Assembly (NCBI GenBank): GCA_965223545.1
Contig: OZ245006.1
Location: 7,168,001 to 7,232,000 of the forward strand
Reading direction: 5' to 3'
From: Planctomycetota bacterium
GTDB taxonomy: Bacteria; Planctomycetota; UBA1135; UBA2386
DNA length: 64,000 bases
The position numbers and the translations under genes are program-made. Under the pieces are notes generated by a model. That model saw only the letters and a program-made list of their open reading frames with translations. It was not told the DNA's origin and did no database searches. This document shows, piece by piece, positions 23,137 to 32,798 of this stretch (positions are counted from its first letter, which is position 1; each line of letters starts with the position of its first letter).

Positions 23137-23999
23137 CGCGAGGCGGGAGCCAGCTTGCGACGCAGGGTGAGCAGCGGTCGCACCGCCATGGAGAACCAAG
23201 CGGTGTGTGCGTGGTACTGGATCCCCGGCGTCGGAAAGTGGAACCGCTTCAGCTTGGATGGCCAGAAGAACGTGATGTTGAAGTTGAACTCGGCGCAGCC
23301 AGTCGTGTGCCACCAGTGCACGGGGATGTAGAGCACCTCGCCCTCGTGCAGAGTGAAGGTGTAGGGCTGCGCGTCGGCAAACTTCGGAAAGCGCTCGAGG
23401 TCGGGGTTGCGCGGGTCGACTTGGCTGAACTGGTAGCGCTCGGTGTACCACGGATGTGCGTATAGACGTCGCCAGTCCTTCGGCGAGAACAGCGTCACTT
23501 CCTTGTCCGACCGCAGCTGGCACAGCAGTGCCTCGGTGTGGCCGTGGTAGTGGCAGGGCATGAAGGTGTGTTTGCCCATGAACATCGCCGGCTCGACGTC
23601 GCCCACGTACTGCGACAAGTCGACGTCGGCGAGCAGCTCGCGCGACACGTTGGCCAGCGGCTGTTCGGTGAGGTAGTAGCGCGGGTCCGGATCGCCGCCG
23701 GTGAGGCGGTCGACGAGCTCGCCGAAGCGCATGCGGAGCTCGACCCGACCCGGCTGATTGAACCAGGTGAAGAAATCGGCGTGGTCCTGGTACGGCACGC
23801 GGACCATCGAGTCGCCGGCGACCGCCCGGAAGTAGTCGGGGCCCCACTTCTCCATCGCCGGCCAACCGTCGGTGACACCGCGCAGGATCACTGGCCGACC
23901 TCGATCGATGTAGTCGCGCTGGAGGATCTCCAGCGACGGGCGATCGAGGCGGTCGACGGTGCGGGGCTGGGGGCCGGCGGCGGCAGGAGTCGTGGTCAT
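23133..23999 (-). CDS. JmjC/cupin_8 family 2-oxoglutarate-Fe(II) oxygenase-like protein
   Basis: RPVILRG...WPAMEKW, CHYHGH, FSQVDP.NPDLERFP and GEVLYIPVHWWH motifs. Confidence 0.85.
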   Translation of the reverse strand: MTTTPAAAGPQPRTVDRLDRPSLEILQRDYIDRGRPVILRGVTDGWPAMEKWGPDYFRAVAGDSMVRVPYQDHADFFTWFNQPGRVELRMRFGELVDRLTGGDPDPRYYLTEQPLANVSRELLADVDLSQYVGDVEPAMFMGKHTFMPCHYHGHTEALLCQLRSDKEVTLFSPKDWRRLYAHPWYTERYQFSQVDPRNPDLERFPKFADAQPYTFTLHEGEVLYIPVHWWHTTGCAEFNFNITFFWPSKLKRFHFPTPGIQYHAHTAWFSMAVRPLLTLRRKLAPASR

Positions 24000-24084
24000 G
24001 GGGGCGCCCCACGGAGTGACGGGGTGCACCCAAGCATACCGCGCTGCCGGGGCGGTCGCATGCGGGGGCGCGGAAGGCCCTCCC

Positions 24085-24984
24085 TCACGTGCGCGGGAAG
24101 GTGGCGCGGTCGATCGCCGACAGCTGCTCGGCCGTCAACCGCAGCCCGGCTGCTCCGATCGAGTCGAGGGCGTTCTGGGTGCTGCGCGCCGCGGGGATCG
24201 GAATCACGTTGTCACCCTGCGCCAACACCCAAGCGAGGACCACCGCGTGCGGCGAAGCGCCGGCCTGCGCGGCAACCTGCTGCACGACGGCGTGCTCGGG
24301 GATGCGATGGGCCAGCAGACCACCGACCGGACTGAAGGCGAGCAAGCCGATCCCGTGCCGCTCGCAGTGCGCGCGCAGGCTCTTGCGATACCACCGCGGC
24401 CTGCGGATCGACATGCGAAAGAACGGGTTGACGATGTTCTGTACCGATTGGATCGGCACGATCCGGCGGGCCGCCTCGATCTGTGGCACGGTCACGTTGG
24501 AGAGGCCGACCCAGCGGATCAGGCCGCGCTGGCGCAGCTCCGCGAGCGCGCCGACGCTGTCGGTGAACGGCACCGCCGGGTCCGGACCGTGCAGCTGGTA
24601 GAGGTCGATGCGTTCGACGCCGAGTGCCTGCAGTGATTGTTCGCAGGCGCGGTGCAGGTGCTCCGGCCGGCCGTTGACTTGCCAGCGGTCGGGCGACGGC
24701 TTGGTCGAGCCACCCTTGGTGGCCACGATCACCTCGTCGGCGTCCCCCGACCAGGTGCGTAGAGCTTTGGCGACCAAGCGCTCGTTGTGGCCCACCTCAC
24801 TGTTGTCGAGGCAGTAGCAATCGGCGGTGTCGATCAGCCGCACACCGGCGTCCAGCACTGCGTGCAGCACGCCGATGGCGACGTCCTCGGTAGGGCGGTC
24901 AGCCAGCGAAAGCGGCATGGCGCCGAAACCGGGGGTCGGAATTGTCGGGGCGTCGGGACCCAGCGAGCGTTGCAGCATCGCCAC
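24085..24984 (-). CDS. Aldo/keto reductase
   Basis: GFGAMPLS, IDTADCY, VATKGG, IDLYQLHGPD, GLSN motifs. Confidence 0.93.
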   Translation of the reverse strand: MAMLQRSLGPDAPTIPTPGFGAMPLSLADRPTEDVAIGVLHAVLDAGVRLIDTADCYCLDNSEVGHNERLVAKALRTWSGDADEVIVATKGGSTKPSPDRWQVNGRPEHLHRACEQSLQALGVERIDLYQLHGPDPAVPFTDSVGALAELRQRGLIRWVGLSNVTVPQIEAARRIVPIQSVQNIVNPFFRMSIRRPRWYRKSLRAHCERHGIGLLAFSPVGGLLAHRIPEHAVVQQVAAQAGASPHAVVLAWVLAQGDNVIPIPAARSTQNALDSIGAAGLRLTAEQLSAIDRATFPRT

Positions 24985-25048
24985 CCATGGTCGGCGCGCC
25001 GCCGGGAGCCGTCAACGCGCCGTCGGCCGCTCGAAGACTCTAGGCCCC

Positions 25049-27220
25049 TCAGGGTGACGCCGTCAGCGCCTCGAGCAGTTGGTCCTGTGGCTGCCGGCTG
25101 CCACCGGTGCGGCGGTAGGAGCCGTCGGCCTGCAGGTCCCAGCCATCGACGTCCTCGCCGAGGTAGACCTCGAGGCCCTCGTGCAGCACGCGCTGCCGCA
25201 GTACCGGGTCCTCGATCGGAAAGGCGAGCTCGATCCGCCGGAAGAAGTTGCGCGGCATCCAGTCGGCGCTGGCCAGGTAGGTCAGGCGCTTGCCGCCGGC
25301 GTGGAAGTGGTAGATGCGGTGGTGCTCGAGAAAGCGGCCGAGCACCGAGCGGACGCGGATGTTGTCCGACAGACCCGGCAGACCGGGCCGCAGACAACAG
25401 ATACCGCGCACCACGAGGTCGACTTCGACCCCGGCCTGCGACGCGCGGTAGAGCGCGGCGATCACGTCGGGCTCGATCAGCGCGTTCATCTTGGCGCGGA
25501 TCCTCGCCGGTTGACCGGCGGCGGCGGCGGCGGTCTCGCGCTCGATCAGGTCCATGACCAGCGCGTGCAGCGCGAACGGAGCCTGCACGGCCTTGCGCAG
25601 TGGCCGCACCGCGCCCAGCCCGGTGAGCTGTTGGAACAGCTCGTGCGCGTCCGCCGTCAGGTCGGGGTCGCAGGTCAGCAGGCCGAAATCGGTGTACGAA
25701 CCCGTCGTCTTGTAGTGGTAGTTGCCGGTGCCGAGATGGACGTAGCGGCGGATGCCATCCGCCTCGCGGCGGACGATCAGCACCATCTTGGCGTGCGTCT
25801 TGAAGCCGCCGACGCCGTACACCACCTTTGCGCCCACATCCTGCAGTCGCATCGCGGTGTCGATGTTCTGTTCCTCGTCGAACCGCGCGCGCAGCTCGAT
25901 CACCGCGGTGACCTCCTTGCCGTTGCGAGCCGCTTGCAGCAGAGCCTCGGTGAACGGCGAATCGCGGCCGGTGCGGTAGAGGGTCGCCTTGATCGCCAGC
26001 ACGTCGGGGTCGCTGGCCGCCCGGCGCACGAGATCGACGACCGGCTCGAAGGGCTGGAATGGGTGGTGCAGCAGGACGTCGTTGGCGCGGATCGCGGCGA
26101 ACGGGTCCTCGAGCATCGCCGCTCCACCGGGCGGCTGCGGCCGGAAGCGCGGGAACTTGAGCTCCGGCCGGTCGACCAGATCGTACAGCGCTGAGAGGCG
26201 ATGCATGTTGACCGGTCCGTCGACCCGGTACAGATCGTCCTCGCCGAGGCCGAACTCGCGCAGTAGCTGCTGCTGGATCTCTGGCGGGCAGGTCTCGTCT
26301 ACCTCCAGCCGGACCGAGTTGCCGTAGCGCCGCCGCGGCAGCTCGCCTTGCAGGGCGCGCAGCAGGTCGTCGATCTCCTCCTCGTTGAGCCACAGATTGC
26401 TGTCGCGGGTGACCCGGAACGCGTGGCAGCCGCGCACTGTCATGCCCGGAAACAGCAGATCCACGTTGGCGCGGATCATGCTGGACAGGGTCACGAATGC
26501 CTCGCCGCCCGCCGGCATCGGTGCGGGGACGGCGATCAGTCGCGGCAGCAGGCGCGGCGCCTGGACCACCGCGACGCGGCTGTCGCGGTCGTAGCCGTCC
26601 ACGCCCTCGAGCGTGACCAGGAAGTTGAGGCTCTTGTTGACGATGGCCGGAAACGGGTGTGAGGGGTCGAGGCCGACCGGCGTCAGCACCGGCAGGACTT
26701 CGCGCTCGAAGGCGGCCGAGATGGCGCGGTGCATGGAGGCGTTCCACTCCGAACTCGACAAGACGTGAATGCCGTGCTCGGCGAGCGCGGGCAAGATCTC
26801 GCGGTTGAGCAGCGCGTACTGCTCGGCGACCAGCTGTTTGGCGCGGCGGCTCACCTGGTCCAGAACCTCGAGCGAGCTGTCCTCGTGGTGGGTCGAGTCG
26901 GTGATTCCCAGCGCGATGCGCTGCCGCAGCCCGGCGACGCGCACCTCGAAGAACTCGTCGAGGTTGGTCGAGCAGATGGCGAGGAACTGCAGCCGCTCGA
27001 GGAGTGGCAGGCGCACGTCCTCGGCCAGGGCCAGCACGCGCCGGTTGAACTCGAGCAGGCTGATCTCGCGGTTGATCAGCTGGCTGCGGTCGAGGGCGAT
27101 CCGCGGTTGCTGTCGCCGTTCGTCACCGTCGCCGACGCCCGCCGCGGCGGAGGACGCGGGTGCGCCGCGGTCTGGTGCGCGGTCCGGTGTGCCGTTGCGC
27201 GGCTCGCGGGAAGTGCTCAC
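25049..27220 (-). CDS. ppk1: Polyphosphate kinase 1
   Basis: NREISLLEFN.RVL, NLDEFFEVRVA, SHPFP, ARFDEEQNI, KTHAK, GTGNY, GRFLEH.R and SADWMPRN motifs. Confidence 0.97.
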   Translation of the reverse strand: MSTSREPRNGTPDRAPDRGAPASSAAAGVGDGDERRQQPRIALDRSQLINREISLLEFNRRVLALAEDVRLPLLERLQFLAICSTNLDEFFEVRVAGLRQRIALGITDSTHHEDSSLEVLDQVSRRAKQLVAEQYALLNREILPALAEHGIHVLSSSEWNASMHRAISAAFEREVLPVLTPVGLDPSHPFPAIVNKSLNFLVTLEGVDGYDRDSRVAVVQAPRLLPRLIAVPAPMPAGGEAFVTLSSMIRANVDLLFPGMTVRGCHAFRVTRDSNLWLNEEEIDDLLRALQGELPRRRYGNSVRLEVDETCPPEIQQQLLREFGLGEDDLYRVDGPVNMHRLSALYDLVDRPELKFPRFRPQPPGGAAMLEDPFAAIRANDVLLHHPFQPFEPVVDLVRRAASDPDVLAIKATLYRTGRDSPFTEALLQAARNGKEVTAVIELRARFDEEQNIDTAMRLQDVGAKVVYGVGGFKTHAKMVLIVRREADGIRRYVHLGTGNYHYKTTGSYTDFGLLTCDPDLTADAHELFQQLTGLGAVRPLRKAVQAPFALHALVMDLIERETAAAAAGQPARIRAKMNALIEPDVIAALYRASQAGVEVDLVVRGICCLRPGLPGLSDNIRVRSVLGRFLEHHRIYHFHAGGKRLTYLASADWMPRNFFRRIELAFPIEDPVLRQRVLHEGLEVYLGEDVDGWDLQADGSYRRTGGSRQPQDQLLEALTASP

Positions 27221-27383
27221 GGTGGCGGCAGTGTACAGGCGAAACTACTAGGAGGCGGTTGGAGCCACCCGGGCTGGGCGAAACGTCGCGCGGTCTCGGC
27301 TTCTGCGCGCTTTCCCCTGTGGATACGTTGCCCGCCACCGGAGGCTTCTACTGCAGACTTTCGACCATCGACGCTACGGAGCC

Positions 27384-27791
27384 GTGCCGATTCGCGTCAA
27401 CGCCCGCGGCGCGGTCGAGATCCTGCTGGTGCGCACCAGCGCGGGTCGCTGGATCATTCCCAAGGGGAAGCGCGAGGCCGGTGAATCGGCGAAGCGTGCC
27501 GCGCGGCGCGAGTGCCGCGAGGAGGCCGGCGTCGATGGCGTGATCATCGGCTCCTCCATCCACGTCGAGCTCGAAGCCCTGGCCGGGCCCGCCGGGCCGG
27601 AGAGCGCACAGCACCTACAGGTCTATTGCCTGCTGGTCGACGACGACGGCTTTCGACCCGAGCCAGCGCGCGAGCCGCGCTGGTTCAAGCCCAAGGCCGC
27701 CAAGCGGGCGCTCGCCGAGCGGCGGCGCCGGCCGACGGCCAAGGCGTTGGCGGCGATGATCGATTGGGCGGTGATGGGCGTGCGCGATTGA
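27384..27791 (+). CDS. NUDIX hydrolase
   Basis: EILLV...WIIPKGKREAGESAKRAARRECREEAGV Nudix box. Confidence 0.88.
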   Translation: MPIRVNARGAVEILLVRTSAGRWIIPKGKREAGESAKRAARRECREEAGVDGVIIGSSIHVELEALAGPAGPESAQHLQVYCLLVDDDGFRPEPAREPRWFKPKAAKRALAERRRRPTAKALAAMIDWAVMGVRD

Positions 27792-27801
27792 GTGCGGTGC
27801 C

Positions 27802-30800
27802 TCAGCCGGCCCGCCGCAACCAGTCCTCGGCGACCCGCCGCAAGTCGTCTCCGTCGCCCGGCTCGTCGTTGCCGAAGTAGCGCCGCTCGATGTCGTCGAT
27901 CGTCTGGCGGAGCTCGCCGTGGGTCGCGTCGGACAGCCCGCCGCAGCGCTGCAGGTCGCGCAGCAGGCCGAGGACGGTGAACGGCGTGATCGTGTCGGGC
28001 AAGGTCCTGCCGGCGGCCACCGGAGCGCGCCGCGCACTGCGCAACCCGTGCCAGAGCAGCAAGGCCAGCAAGGCCAAGAGCAGGGCGCCGCCGACGAGCC
28101 AGGGCCAACGGCTGCTGGGCTCGCCGTAGCGCTCGTCGAGGTTGGCGACGCGCTCGGCGGTCACCAGGTCGGCGTCGGCATAGCGCTGGTAGACGACCTC
28201 GGTGAGCGAGTCGGTGGCCTCGGCGAACTCGAACGTGGTGGGGTGCGCCGGCAGACCGGGCTTGGCCTGCAGCGTGACCATCCACGTGCGCTCGGAGATC
28301 ACCGCCTCCTGGCCCTCGTCGAACTGTGAGACCAAGACGCCCCGGTCGTCGACCTTCTGCACGTCGAACTCGCTCGGCGCCAAGTCCACGATCTCCTCGA
28401 GATCGGGCACCAGCCCCTTGGCGGTTCCCTTGATTTCGAGAACGAGCACGCCCTCGTCGGCGCGGCGTTCGTCGAGGATCTGGGTGACCTCGAGGTCCTC
28501 GTACGGCCGCGGCTCGGCAACCGTGGAGCTGGCATCGATGGCGACGGGGGCCGAGCCCACCGGCAGCACGGCGTAGCCGGACGTGTCGAGGAAGTCCATG
28601 TCGAGCTGCAGCGTGGGGATCGTGTCGATCTGCGGTCCGCGCGCGCGCAGCAGCAGATAGGCGTAGGGCGTGACCCGCCAGCCGTACTCCTCGGTGGCCT
28701 TGGAGTGCACGTCTTCGCTGTTGAACGTCACCGACAGCACCTCGAAGTGCTCCATCAGCGCGCGGCTGGCCGCCTCTTGGAACTTGTCGCGGTAGTTCTC
28801 CGTCGGCCGGCCGTAGTTGTAGGCGTACGGCGTGTTGTTCTGGTTCTGCAGGTACTTGGCGAAGCCGCCGCTCTCGCGCTCGATCTCTCGAGTGTGGCGC
28901 AAGTCGATGCGCACGCCGAACGGCTCGGTGCCGACGCGGCTGTCGCCGTCGACGTTCGCCACCAGCTGGATCTCGGTGACCAGGTCGCTGTAGTAGTCGA
29001 ACACCTTGCGCGCCTCGTGCGCCGCCGGGTGGTCGCCGACGATGGCAAAGCCGTGCTCCAGGTAGCGGTGCTTGACCTGCGGGCGCACTGCGCTGAGGCG
29101 GTTGAAAAGGCTGGACGCGAACTTGGCGCGGTGGCGCTCACCGATCTCGCCGGGCAGCGCGGCAAGCGAGTCGCGGATCATGCCGATGTGGCGCGGAACG
29201 GCGGTGCTGCGTTCGTCGAGCTGGCTCAGCTCGCAGCTGCCCAGGGCCGCGTAGAACCAGGTCTCGAACGCCTCGGTCGACTCGTCTTCCTGCGACATGT
29301 CGGTGGTCGCCTCGGTGTAGAGGCGGGCGGCCTCGACGAACTGCTGCAGCGCAGCGAGTCGCCGGGGGGCGAACTCGGAGCTCTTCTGCGCCTCCTGGCG
29401 GAAGTCGTTCTCGTCGTGGGCGAGCGCCGCGTCGGCGACGTGCAAGGCCCATTCGTCGGGATGCCGGGTCAACGCCTGGGCGATGACTTCGCGGGCGACG
29501 CTGTAGCCGCGCAGCACTTCCTGCTGGAGGTCTTTCTGTCGCCGTTTGGTCTTGTTCTGTTCTTGGACGGCGGGCTGCCGCCAGACGCTCACCAAGTTGC
29601 TGCGCATCTGCTGCACGAGCTTCGCCAGGGTCTGGGGCTCGATTGCGTCGAGCTCGCCGAACACCTCGCGCACGGCCTCGAGGCGGTAGACCTCCGCTTG
29701 GCTGTGGCTGGCGGTGAATGCCGACACCAGCAGCTGCTCGTCGAGGTCCTCGATCGGCAGGCTCCGCAGCTTGCGCACCCAGCCGGCGAGATCCTTGAGG
29801 TTGCGCTGCTGCTTGGAGCGGGTCAGCGGAATGCCGTTGGCGCGCTGGTTGAATCCGTACATGAACATGTACGGATCCGTCATGTTGTTGCTGTTGGGGT
29901 TGTGGTTCTTGGTCCACACCCGCAGGAACTCTTCGGCGAGCTCGCCGGCGGCTTCGGCGTGGGTGGCGGCCAGCTTCTCGATGAATGGGAACGCCAGCGC
30001 CTCTTCGTTGACCTTGAGGTAGAGCTTGGCGACCACGGTGGCGAAGCGCGGCGTCAAGCTGTCGTCGAGCTGGGCCTGCCAGGCCTCGCTGGGGGTGATC
30101 TTGAGCAGCTCGCCCGGATCGATCGCGCGCACCGGGGATTGCGGGCCGCGGTTGCCGCTGTAGCCGATGTAGAAGATGTTGCCATAGGCGTCGCGCTGCA
30201 TGCGGGGGCCCAGGCTCTCGGCGCTGGAAAAGCGATACGCGTGGTTGGCCTCGGCCAGCCAGTTGGCCGCCAGCAGGTTCAGGCTGGGACGCCACTCGCG
30301 GGCGCGCTCCGGTGCTCGGCCGAGTAGGGCCTCGACCGCCGTCTGCTGCAGCTGCAGGCCAGTCAGGCGCCAGCTGGTCGCCTGGGCGTGGGTCTCCATC
30401 GCCTTGGATGCCTGTGCGCCGATGGTGGCGATCACTTCCATGCCGCGCTCGGGGCGCTCGGTGAAGCTCTCGGCGAGCCACGCCTCGCCCAGCTCCTCGC
30501 GAATCTTCGGTGCCAACTCGACAGCGCGCCGCAGCGCCTCTTGCTTGGCGTCTTCTTCGATCTCGCCGTCGGCGAGCGCCGCCTGCACGATGTGCCAGGC
30601 GTCTTCGAGGTGGGCGACTTTCTGCTCGCGGCCGTACAGCGCGAGGTGGTAGCGCGAGAGCAAATTGAGGGCCTCGCGGTCGTTGGCCGCAACCGCCGCT
30701 TCGCGGTCGGGCAAGAACTCGCCGAGAAAGCGGTCGTTGCCGGTCGCCGCGAGGAGGAGCGCGGCGTGGCGGTCCTGCACGACGCGCTCCGCTTGGTCGC

Positions 30801-31890
30801 GGGCGGTCTCCTCGCGCAGCAGCACGAGCAGCTCTTCGATCGCGTGGCCATCCTGCAGGGCGCGTTGCGCGATTCCGCCGAGGAGTGCGACCTGTTCGCT
30901 CTTCAGCTCCGCGGGCGCCGCCGCCAGCAGCCCGACGAGGTCTTGGAAGTCGAAGGTGTTCTGCTCCAGCAGGTTGGCGGGGACGCGGTTGTTGCCGCCG
31001 GCGCGGGGCGCGGTCGGCAGCGCCTTGAGCAGTTGCTCGTACAGCTGCATCGCCTGCTTCTCCTCGAACTCGTCCAACGTCTCTCCGACCCGCACCCAGC
31101 GGCCCAGAGTCACGTGGCGCTGGTAGAGCTCGAGCTCGGCCTTCTTCTTCTCGGCTTGCAGCTCGGTGAGCTCCTTCTGCCAGGCGGCGAGCTCGGGGTC
31201 GGCGGCCGGCTGGGGAGCGGGCGTCGGCGTCGCGGTGGGCGCCGCCGTGGCCGGCTCTGCCGGGGTGGGCGCGGCCTCGGCGGTGCTCGGCGTTTCCTCC
31301 ACCGTGGGGTCGGCCGCCGGTGGTGTTGTCGGTTGGGCCGGAACGAACACGCCGGTCGCAGCCGAGGTGCTCGGCGCGAGCGTGAGCGTGCCCGCGGGCG
31401 TCGCTGGTTCCTCGCCGCCTACCGGCGCGGGCTCGGTGGCCTCGGGTCCTTCGGTGATGGTCGAGGGTGCGTCCGCGTCGTCCTCGCTCGGCGGCGTTTG
31501 CGCGCCGGTGCCCTCGCCCGGTGTCTGCGCCGGCGTGGCGGTGCCGAGCTCCTTCTGCCGGGCTTCGATCTTGGCCTGCAGCGCGTCGATCTTCTCCTGG
31601 ATCGAGGCTGGGCTCTCCGGCTCGGCGGCCGCCCACGCGGCGAGCCTAGCGGAAGGCCGGCGGTCGAACTTGAGCTGCATCATCGGCTGCAGCCTGGGGT
31701 CGGGCGGGGCGTCGGTCGCTGCCGCTGCCGGAGCCGGCCCACCGCCCTGGACGATGCTCACGGCCGGGGTGCCCGGCGCGGTGACGACGCGGCCGGGCAG
31801 ACTGCGGATGATGACGGGCTGCTGGGCGGTGACCGTGGTCACCGCGCCGAGCGCGAGGAGACCGGCGAGACATTGGAGCGAAGCGTGCAT
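27802..31890 (-). CDS. Large exported protein (1362 aa): Pro/Ala/Thr linker, alpha-solenoid core, beta-rich (BatD-like) region, C-terminal TM anchor; last gene of the MoxR/VWA operon
   Basis: Signal peptide MHASLQCLAGLLALGAVTTVTA; TM WPWLVGGALLLALLALLLW; co-oriented with the operon. Confidence 0.85.
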   Translation of the reverse strand: MHASLQCLAGLLALGAVTTVTAQQPVIIRSLPGRVVTAPGTPAVSIVQGGGPAPAAAATDAPPDPRLQPMMQLKFDRRPSARLAAWAAAEPESPASIQEKIDALQAKIEARQKELGTATPAQTPGEGTGAQTPPSEDDADAPSTITEGPEATEPAPVGGEEPATPAGTLTLAPSTSAATGVFVPAQPTTPPAADPTVEETPSTAEAAPTPAEPATAAPTATPTPAPQPAADPELAAWQKELTELQAEKKKAELELYQRHVTLGRWVRVGETLDEFEEKQAMQLYEQLLKALPTAPRAGGNNRVPANLLEQNTFDFQDLVGLLAAAPAELKSEQVALLGGIAQRALQDGHAIEELLVLLREETARDQAERVVQDRHAALLLAATGNDRFLGEFLPDREAAVAANDREALNLLSRYHLALYGREQKVAHLEDAWHIVQAALADGEIEEDAKQEALRRAVELAPKIREELGEAWLAESFTERPERGMEVIATIGAQASKAMETHAQATSWRLTGLQLQQTAVEALLGRAPERAREWRPSLNLLAANWLAEANHAYRFSSAESLGPRMQRDAYGNIFYIGYSGNRGPQSPVRAIDPGELLKITPSEAWQAQLDDSLTPRFATVVAKLYLKVNEEALAFPFIEKLAATHAEAAGELAEEFLRVWTKNHNPNSNNMTDPYMFMYGFNQRANGIPLTRSKQQRNLKDLAGWVRKLRSLPIEDLDEQLLVSAFTASHSQAEVYRLEAVREVFGELDAIEPQTLAKLVQQMRSNLVSVWRQPAVQEQNKTKRRQKDLQQEVLRGYSVAREVIAQALTRHPDEWALHVADAALAHDENDFRQEAQKSSEFAPRRLAALQQFVEAARLYTEATTDMSQEDESTEAFETWFYAALGSCELSQLDERSTAVPRHIGMIRDSLAALPGEIGERHRAKFASSLFNRLSAVRPQVKHRYLEHGFAIVGDHPAAHEARKVFDYYSDLVTEIQLVANVDGDSRVGTEPFGVRIDLRHTREIERESGGFAKYLQNQNNTPYAYNYGRPTENYRDKFQEAASRALMEHFEVLSVTFNSEDVHSKATEEYGWRVTPYAYLLLRARGPQIDTIPTLQLDMDFLDTSGYAVLPVGSAPVAIDASSTVAEPRPYEDLEVTQILDERRADEGVLVLEIKGTAKGLVPDLEEIVDLAPSEFDVQKVDDRGVLVSQFDEGQEAVISERTWMVTLQAKPGLPAHPTTFEFAEATDSLTEVVYQRYADADLVTAERVANLDERYGEPSSRWPWLVGGALLLALLALLLWHGLRSARRAPVAAGRTLPDTITPFTVLGLLRDLQRCGGLSDATHGELRQTIDDIERRYFGNDEPGDGDDLRRVAEDWLRRAG

Positions 31891-32013
31891 GCGAGTTCGG
31901 CGGTTCGCTTGAAAGGGGGTGGAAAGAGAAACGGCGGCGGGCGCGAAGTCGTTCCGCGCCGCCGCCGGGTCATGGTTGGGGGCAGGTCTGGGTCGAGACG
32001 ACGGTGGGCTGCG

Positions 32014-32715
32014 TCAGGATCCGCTGCCGTCCGGCGGCGGGCCGGAGCTGGCCCCGCGCGCATCCTTCTTGCCCTTTGGCTTGCTCATGCTCTTGCGACC
32101 GCGACCGCGGCCACTGCCACAACCCTCTCACTGACTGGGGAGGGGGAGGCCTTGCAACTCCTCGAGCTCGAGCCGCGCCAGGCGGATCGAGGACTCGAGA
32201 TCCTCTCGGTGTTCGGTGGCCTTGGCGTCGTCGCCCCGCGCCTCGGCCTGCTCGGCGAGCAATCGGTAGGTCTGCCGCGAGGCCTCGATCTCGGCTTCCC
32301 ATCGGGTGCGCTCGACGCCCTCGAGCCGCATCAGCCAGGTCATGTAGTACTGGGCGTTGGCGAGCGCGGCGCGCGCGTCGGCCAGCAGTGCTGCGTCGTC
32401 GGTGTCGGCCAGGTCGGCGACCAAGATCTCGAGGTCGGCGCGTGCCTGCGGCAGCTGGCTGACCTGCATCTGGGCCTTGGCCCGCGCCAGGCGGATCCGC
32501 TGTGCGTCGACTTCGTGCCCGTCCGGCAGCTCCGCCAACGCGGCCTCGTAGGCGGTCACCGCCGCGGCCCAGTCGCCGTCGGTCGTCGCGCGGTGCGCGT
32601 CGGCCAGGTAGTCGTCGGCGCGGTCCAGCGCCATCCGATCTTGGCCGGGACCCTCGTGATAGGCCCAGGCGCCGATCGGCAGGAGGGCCCAAGCGGCCAG
32701 CAACGGTTTTCTCAT
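32014..32715 (-). CDS. Exported TPR-like protein, probable selenoprotein (233 aa, Sec196, UxxC motif)
   Basis: ATG 32715 with GAGGAG SD; TPR-like helices; ...LQGLPLPSQ-TGA(32128-32130)-EGCGSGRGRGRKSMSKPKGKKDARGASSGPPPDGSGS-stop(32014); SECIS-like stem-loop after the TGA. Confidence 0.8.
32095..32114 (-). promoter_or_regulatory. Bacterial SECIS-like hairpin (TPR selenoprotein gene)
   Basis: GUGGCCGC-GGUC-GCGGUCGC: 8-bp stem (2 G.U pairs) starting 14 nt after the UGA, GGUC loop as in the E. coli fdhF SECIS. Confidence 0.78.
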
Positions 32716-32798
32716 CGGCAGCACTCCTCGGTGCGGGTTTGCGCGGTCTGCGAGGGACGCAGACCCTTGGATCTTATCGTTTCGCGGCCGGATTGGCC

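Noticed and set aside
27318..27326. DnaA-box-like tgtggatac
   Set aside because: A single imperfect copy with no cluster or AT-rich unwinding element.
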